In this document: one piece after another, positions 55,828 to 64,000 of the stretch | Layout: every line of letters begins with the position of its first letter | Position numbering within the stretch: the stretch's first letter is position 1 | Assembly: GCA_951406725.2 (NCBI GenBank) | Contig: OX597833.1 | Span: forward strand, 10,168,001 to 10,232,000 | Reading direction: 5' to 3' | DNA length: 64,000 nt | Source of the DNA: Octopus vulgaris | Lineage: Eukaryota | The notes under the pieces: model-generated | The model's database searches: none | Told to the model about the DNA's origin: nothing | What the model saw: the letters and a program-made list of their open reading frames with translations, nothing else | Position numbers and translations under genes: made by a program

Positions 55828-56203
55828 GGCCAATGGCCCAGTGGTTAGGGCAGCGGACTCGCGGTCGTAGGATCGCGGTTTCGATTCCCAGACCGGGCGT
55901 TGTGGAGTGTTTATTGAGCGAAAACACCTAAAAGCTCCACGAGGCTCCGGCAGGGGATGGTGGTGATCCTTGCTGTACTCTTTCACCACAACTTTCTCTC
56001 ACTCTTACTTCCTGTTTCTGTTGTACCTGTATTTCAAAGGGCCGGCCTTGTCACTCTCTGTGTCACGCTGAATATTCCCCGAGAACTACGTTAAGGGTAC
56101 ACGTGTCTGTGGAGCGCTCAGCCACTTACACGTTAATTTCACGAGCAGGCTGTTCCGTTGATCGGATCAATTGGAATGCTCGTCGTCGTAACCGACGGAG
56201 TGC
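55828..56203 (+). mobile_element. Full-length SINE C1 with tail E
   Basis: caatggcccagtggttagggcagcggactcgcggtcgtaggatcgcggtttcgattccc…. Confidence 0.88.
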
Positions 56204-56389
56204 TTCCAATAGGCAGTAGAACAGTTCTTCATATCCTCGTTATTGATCCGTATTCGATGATATTTTCAATCAATTATTCCTCTCAATACAAAATAGTAAC
56301 CGGTGCATGATTACTTTTTTATGGCAGCCAGAGTGTTGTTGGTCTCTTAAAAGGCTATCGTTAGTCACCCTCGTCAAGGCACTGGTAGA

Positions 56390-57177
56390 ACCTATTTCTT
56401 TACTACCCACAAGGGGCTAAACACAGAGGGGACAAACAAGGACAGACAAAAGGATTAAGTCGATTACATCGACCCCAGTGCGTAAATGGTACTTAATTTA
56501 TCGACCCCGAAAGGATGAAAGGCAAAGTCGACCTCGGCGGAATTTGAACTTAGAACGCAGCAGCAGACGAAATGCCTATTTCTTTACTACCCACAAGGGG
56601 CTAAACGTAGGGGGGACAAACAAGGACAGACAAAGGGATTAAGTCGATTACATCGACCCCAGTGCGTAAATGGTACTTAATTTATCGACCCCGAAAGGAT
56701 GAAAGGCAAAGTCGACCTCGGCGGAATTTGAACTCAGAACGCAGCAGCAGACGAAATACCTATTTCTTTACTACCCACAAGGGGCTAAACGTAGGGGGGA
56801 CAAACAAGGACAGACAAACGGATTAAGTCGATTATATCGACTCCAGTGCGTAACTGGTACTTAATTTATCGACCCCGAAAGGATGAAAGGCAAAGTCGAC
56901 CTCGGCGGAATTTGAACTTAGAACGCAGCAGCAGACGAAATACCTATTTCTTTACTACCCACAAGGGGCTAAACGTAGGGGGGACAAACAAGGACAGACA
57001 AACGGATTAAGTCGATTACATCGACCCCCAGTGCGTAACTGGTACTTAATTTATCGACCCCGAAAGGATGAAAGGCAAAGTCGACCTCGGCGGAATTTGA
57101 ACTCAGAACGTAGCGGCAGACGAAATACCGCTAAGCATTTCGTCCAATGTGCTAACGATTCTGCCAGCTCGCCGCCT
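56390..57177 (-). mobile_element. SINE A tetramer (head plus four 184-bp units)
   Basis: cctatttc at 56391, 56575, 56759 and 56943. Confidence 0.9.
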
Positions 57178-57195
57178 TAAATAGTAATAATAATA

Positions 57196-57233
<38 letters not shown>

Positions 57234-58042
57234 AATAATAATAATAATAATAATAATGATAATAATAATAATAATAATAATGATAATAATAATAATAATA
57301 TAATAATAGAACCGTTAGAGCATCGGACAAAATTCCTCGCGGTATCTCTTCCGACTCTTCATGTTCTAAGTTCGGTACCCACCGGGGTCGGCTTTGACTT
57401 CCATCGCCCCAGCACTAATAAAACAAAGTGGCAGTCAAGTACTTTAGGCTGATGTCACTGGCTTGTTACTTCCTTTCAAAACTGACGATCTTGTATCTAA
57501 ATTCGAAACCCTTTCTCTCTCTCTCTCTCATACTGTTGAATACAATCACTGAAAGCAGTTTGTGTTCACCTCTACAAGATGAACACAAACTCTTTATCAG
57601 TTTGAGGAATCACTAAAAGGCATTATTGTTTGCCGTCTCACAATGACCGTTGTTTTCCACACTTCCGGTGTATCCACATAACGTCATATTATTTCACGTC
57701 GGTCGAAGGCGAGCCCAAGGTCTTTCCTTCTATGTTAAACAAAATCATCAACGTTTCTGTGTGAGTGTGTGTGTGAAGTAGAGACTGGATTCAGAGAGTC
57801 TCGCGTAATGTACGGAAAGCAATCCGGTCGAGGAACTGGCTATCAGGTCATACATACAGAAAGTGCAACGTAATTTAACAGAGAAATCCGGAATATACAA
57901 ACAGCATATCCTAATAAACATAATGTTTCTTTTGTGATGTAAATAATGAACAAAAAGCGGCAGATTTTCACACTTCCGTAATGTTCTTTGAATCCTTCAC
58001 ATCCGCCTGTTTTATTTGTAACACGCGCGCACACATGCATGC

Positions 58043-59299
<1,257 letters not shown>

Positions 59300-59316
59300 A
59301 TATATATATATATATG

Positions 59317-59366
<50 letters not shown>

Positions 59367-59368
<2 letters not shown>

Positions 59369-59530
59369 CGCAGGAGTGGCTGTGTGGTAAGTAGCTTGCT
59401 TACCAACCACATGGCCGTGGGTTCAGTCCCACTGCGTGACACCTTGAGCAAGTGTCTTCTACTATAGCCTCAGGCCCATCAAAGCCTTATGAGTGGATTT
59501 GATAGACGGAATCTGAAAGAAGCCCGTTGT
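59367..59530 (+). mobile_element. SINE B 5' half
   Basis: Head matches the consensus. Confidence 0.8.
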
Positions 59531-59626
59531 GTATATATATATATATATACACACATACATACATACATACATACATACATACATACATACATACATACAT
59601 ACATACATACATACATACACACACAC

Positions 59627-59790
59627 CATTCGCAAATAATCCTTGAAGGACTTGTTTATTACAAAATCTATTGTTTGTAGATATGAAGTAATTCGTGCAG
59701 GACTCATTATGTGGTCAGTTCTTCTTTTAATAAGGAAGTTTTCCATATCTTTTGCGCGATGAGTACTGGCAGAATCCCAGACTGATCCGT
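59627..59790 (-). pseudogene. pogo-family DDE transposase fragment
   Basis: VWDSASTHRAKDMENFL…SPARITSYLQTIDFVINKSFKDYLR resembles DDE_1 motifs. Confidence 0.8.
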
Positions 59791-60957
59791 CAAATGCTTA
59801 AATGGAAGTGAAATAAAACCAGTGCGTGTGCTTATTATTGGCATAATGACCCTCCCAAAGTACAACAAAATTGGTTGCAACACACGATTTCACATCAAGA
59901 ATCTGATGTTCCAGCATGGGAGCTTTAGTCTGTGCAGATATTGTGAGGCAGACGTATATATATATTTTTTGATGTTGGGCCGTGTTTGAAGATGTCCGTT
60001 GGCCATGGTTAGCCAATAGGGGGAAATGGAGATGTGCTTTGATTTGGTAATCTTTCCTAATTCCTATCCTTGTGGGTCGAGTACCTGGAAGGGGCCGTTC
60101 AACGTGACGCACAGGGTACTTCTGAGATGATGACGTCGCCCTCGGGAACAACATCGGGCAACGCATCTACTAAACTGCTCGAACGCAAGACCAGAACAAT
60201 AGCTTCCCGTGTCATCTCCCTCCTGAAATTTTGGCCCCCTTTTCAAATCGCTGCGGTCTTTGATAAATGGACGGGAAAAATTGTCGCTCACAAGTGTGGG
60301 TCCTTCGCATGTCGCCGTTTTTTCTTTTTTTTTTCTTTTTTGTTAGGTGGAATGCAGTGTGCGAAGTACTCGCTTCACTCTCTATACCTTGGGTCCATTT
60401 GCCTCAGCTTAGCAAGCTGAGAGGGTGACAGCAAGATTCTCGGGTCGTAGCCGTTACATCGAAGTTTTCCCACTCTTAAAGGGCTGATCTGATAAGCCTA
60501 ACGAAGCCCATCTATTCAGGTTTTGGCATCAAAGTTGTCCTTCTGCAAACTTGATTGCCAACCAAAGCTTACTAATCCAGCAAACCAAAGCAGCTATATC
60601 GCTAAATACTCAATCGCACCATGACACAGAAAATTGCTTATTGGTAGAGTTCATTGACAAAAAAAAAAAAAAAACCTGTTGCTATGGAGACAGTAATGTA
60701 TGAAAGGTCGTTGTCAGTGACTTCTCGTCTTGCAAGTCTGACGGTGGCTATGTAGCGTTCATGTTTAGGGGAAAGGAGAGAGACAACGCATTGGGCGTAC
60801 CTCTTCCCGGCCTGAGTGACACACATACACACACACACACCACGAACACGATCCGGTTCTTGACTGAAGATTGAAGGCTTCGAATGTCCCGTCCGTGTTT
60901 TTTGTATCGTCTTCTAATTGTTTCACGTTCTTGTCCCAGTTTGTATTTTTTTACATT

Positions 60958-61046
<89 letters not shown>

Positions 61047-61051
61047 ATATG

Positions 61052-61119
<68 letters not shown>

Positions 61120-61126
<7 letters not shown>

Positions 61127-61340
61127 ATATTAGGGAATAAATCCAAATTTACAGGGAAAAATCAGATTTAGGATTGAATCCAATTTTATAGTAAAATATT
61201 ATATAATATTAATTAGAGACAAAACCACTATTTTGCAAATCAAACAAGGAAAGACTTTATTTACTTTATATTAAAAATTTTTTTATGTATTGATTAAGTC
61301 TTTCCTTGTTTGATTTGCAAAATAGTGGTTTTGTCTCTAA

Positions 61341-61350
<10 letters not shown>
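61120..61350 (+). mobile_element. H2 element with ~55-bp inverted arms and no ribozyme core
   Basis: Homologous to 35032 and 50225. Confidence 0.75.
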
Positions 61351-61381
<31 letters not shown>

Positions 61382-61510
61382 GGTATGTAGAAAAATACAA
61401 CATGGACAAGAACGTATAACTCTTAGAAGACGACACAATAAACACGGACAGGACATTCGAAACCCTCAGTCTTCAGTCAAGAACCGGATCATCGTAGTAA
61501 TTTCGGCTGA

Positions 61511-61569
<59 letters not shown>

Positions 61570-61571
61570 AG

Positions 61572-61781
61572 ATCGCCATGTTGATTCGCTAGCCTCTGCA
61601 CGCATTTTTCTCTCTCCTTGTTTCTCTCCGTGTTTTTTTTCTGTGTATCTTTCTGTTGAAGAGCGTAGGCTCGAAACGTAAAAGACTTGTTTTATTTATA
61701 TTCCTGAGCGCCATACTAATACAATTGTTTGTTTGTATTCCACCTGCCTTCGTCTTTTGTTTATTTTCGTAAAGCTTCCCG

Positions 61782-61783
<2 letters not shown>
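61572..61783 (+). mobile_element. H1-related element with hammerhead fold
   Basis: TCTTT CTGTTGA a GAGC gtag GCTC GAAACGT A AAAGA at 61648-61685 (A6U substitution); shares ttcctgagcg with H1. Confidence 0.68.
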
Positions 61784-61865
<82 letters not shown>

Positions 61866-62009
61866 GAGATGGAGGTGGAAATGGCAGAGAAGTAAGTCTA
61901 AGACATTTCAATTTAAGAAGGAATTTAATAAAAATGATTTTAAAAATCTGGACCCCCCCAGACATAAAAAACCGGTTTTTACTTCAAATTTTTATAAATT
62001 TTTTACTGA

Positions 62010-62045
62010 TATTTGATAAGATGAGATACATCGAAACCGGTAATA
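62010..62045 (+). ncRNA. Hammerhead variant with U3-A8 core, in the spacer of an inverted repeat
   Basis: TAT TTGATAA GATG agata CATC GAAAC CG GT A ATA; arms ~61870-61945 and ~62063-62140. Confidence 0.68.
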
Positions 62046-62192
62046 GCTTCTTTATATAAAATTTTTTTAAATCATTTTTATTAAATTCCCTTCTAAAATT
62101 GAAACGTCTTAGATTTACTTCTGAGCTATTTCCACTTCCCTCCTTTGTATATAAAAATTTGATCTGTATAGATCTCTAATCTTTTTTAACTT

Positions 62193-62348
62193 GTGGCTGT
62201 GTGGTAAGTAGCTTGCTTACCGACCACATGGTTCCGGGTTCATTCCAACTGCGTGGCACCTTGGGCAAGTGTCTTCTACTATTGTCTCGGGCCGACCAAA
62301 GCCTTGTGAGTGGATTTGGTAGACGGAAACTGAAAGAAGCCCGTCGTA

Positions 62349-62399
<51 letters not shown>

Positions 62400-62605
62400 A
62401 TATGTTTGTGTCCGTGTTTGTCTCCCAACATCGCTTGACAACCGATGCTGGTATGTTTACGTCCCCGTAACTTCGCGGTTGGGCAAAATAGACTGATAGA
62501 ATAAGTACTAGGCATACAAAGAATAAGTCCTAAGTCGATTTGCTTGACTAAAGGCGGTGCTCCAGCATGGCCACAGTCACACGACTGAAACAAGTAAAAG
62601 GGAGA
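62193..62605 (+). mobile_element. SINE B
   Basis: Near full length. Confidence 0.85.
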
Positions 62606-62840
62606 AAAGAGTATATATATATATATATATATATATATTGTGACCCCCTTCGGTCACGAATGACCATGGGATTGCTCCTAGAAAGTTACCCTCAGAGGCC
62701 CAAGTCTGGGCAAGGTTATTTATGGAAGACGAGCAGTCGCCCATGCATACCAACCTTCCCTCTCCGTGCCACCGATGTCATCCAAGGGAAAGGCAAAGGG
62801 GCCGATACAGCTTGGCACCAGTGACATCGTAGCTCACTTA

Positions 62841-63585
62841 TTAACGTGCGAGTGGTTGAGCAGCACTCCACAGACATGTGTACCCTTAACGTAGTTCTCG
62901 GGGGAGATTCAGCGTGACACAGAGTGTGACAAGGTTGGCCCTTTGAAATACAGGTACAACAGAAATATGAAGAAAGAGGGGGAGAAAGTTGTGGCGAAAG
63001 AGTAGAGCAGGGTTCACCACCACACCCTGCCGGAGCCTCATGGGTCTTTTTAGGTGTTTTCGCTCAATAAACACTGACAACACGGAAGGTGGCGAGCTGG
63101 CAGAACCGTTAGCACGCCGGGAGAAATACTTAGCAGTATTTCGTCTGCCGTTACGTTCTGAGTTCAAATTCCGCCGAGGTCGACTTTGCCTTTCATCCTT
63201 CTGGGGTCGATAAATTAAGTACCAGTTACGCACTGGGGTCGATGTAATCGACTTAATCCGTTTGTCTGTCCTTGTTTGTCCCCTCTGTGTTTAGACCCCT
63301 TGTGGGTAGTAAAGAAATAGGTATTTAGTCTGCCGTTACGTTCTGAGTTCAAATTCCGCCGAGGTCGACTTTGCCCTTCATCCTTTCGGGGTCGATAAAT
63401 TAAGTACCAGTTACGCACTGGGGTCGATGTAATCGACTTAATCCCTTTGTCTGTCCTTGTTTGTCACCTCTATGTTTATCCCCTTGTGGGCAGTAAAGAA
63501 ATATAAACACTGACAACGCCCGATCTGGAAATTGAAACCGCGATCCTACGAACGCGAGTCCGCTGCCCTAACCACTGGACCATTG
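62841..63585 (-). mobile_element. SINE C1 with tail E, interrupted by a SINE A dimer
   Basis: C sequence resumes after 63503. Confidence 0.82.
63089..63503 (+). mobile_element. SINE A dimer with 15-bp target-site duplication
   Basis: ataaacactgacaac at 63067-63081 and 63503-63517. Confidence 0.88.
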
Positions 63586-63779
63586 CATGCACGCACACAC
63601 AGACACACACACACACACACACCATATATATTTACATATTAGTATATGTAGGTATGGCGCGTATTCTTCTTAGATGAGAATGAGATGCGATGCTACTATT
63701 TCTCTCTCTCTCGCTCAATCTCTGCCTCTCTTTCATTCTGTCTACTCTTTCTTTACCATTCTTTTCCTATTCTTCTCTC

Positions 63780-63793
63780 CAGATATCTGTCCG

Positions 63794-63862
<69 letters not shown>

Positions 63863-63965
63863 ATCTATCTACCTATCTGTCTCTATCTATCTATATGTCT
63901 GTCTGTCTATCTATCTATCTGTCTGTCTGTCTGCCTGCCTGTCTGTCCGTCCGTCCGTCCGTCTG

Positions 63966-64000
<35 letters not shown>
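63780..64000. repeat. (TCTA)n/(TCTG)n array
   Basis: Direct inspection. Confidence 0.95.

Noticed and set aside
55828-55900. tRNA gene candidates (also heads at 33009, 10401, 12979)
   Set aside because: tRNA-like A/B boxes are SINE heads continuing into repeat bodies; no complete cloverleaf.
56390-57177. CRISPR-like array
   Set aside because: Whole 184-bp units repeat with no unique spacers; eukaryotic SINE multimer.
59800-60640. Coding-looking non-repetitive stretch
   Set aside because: Short interrupted ORFs with no family motif I can recognise; may be a decayed TE and needs blastx.

Overview
Eukaryotic, AT-rich, microsatellite-saturated non-genic (intergenic or intronic) DNA. The SINE families and the extreme (TA)n/(TATG)n/(GAT)n load suggest an octopus (coleoid cephalopod) genome; this is an inference. 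No host exon could be supported, and nearly all long ORFs are simple-repeat artefacts. Recognisable content: three tRNA-head SINE families with swappable tails and 184-bp tandem multimers; a Helitron RepHel remnant and six or seven non-autonomous Helitrons; fragments of mariner, pogo/Tigger, R4/Dong-like, Hero/NeSL-like and CR1-group elements. The main signal is a dense set (about 17 intact or degenerate motifs, about 10 unrelated sequence families) of minimal type-I hammerhead-ribozyme folds. They lie in short elements, mostly inserted in or beside (TA)n tracts and often built as inverted arm-spacer-arm+tail fold-backs. Several cores carry compensatory swaps of the C3-G8 pair (G3-C8, U3-A8) and have palindromic stem III, as in dimer-cleaving ribozymes of Penelope-like retroelement pseudo-LTRs. 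All folds were read by eye; none were computed or tested.
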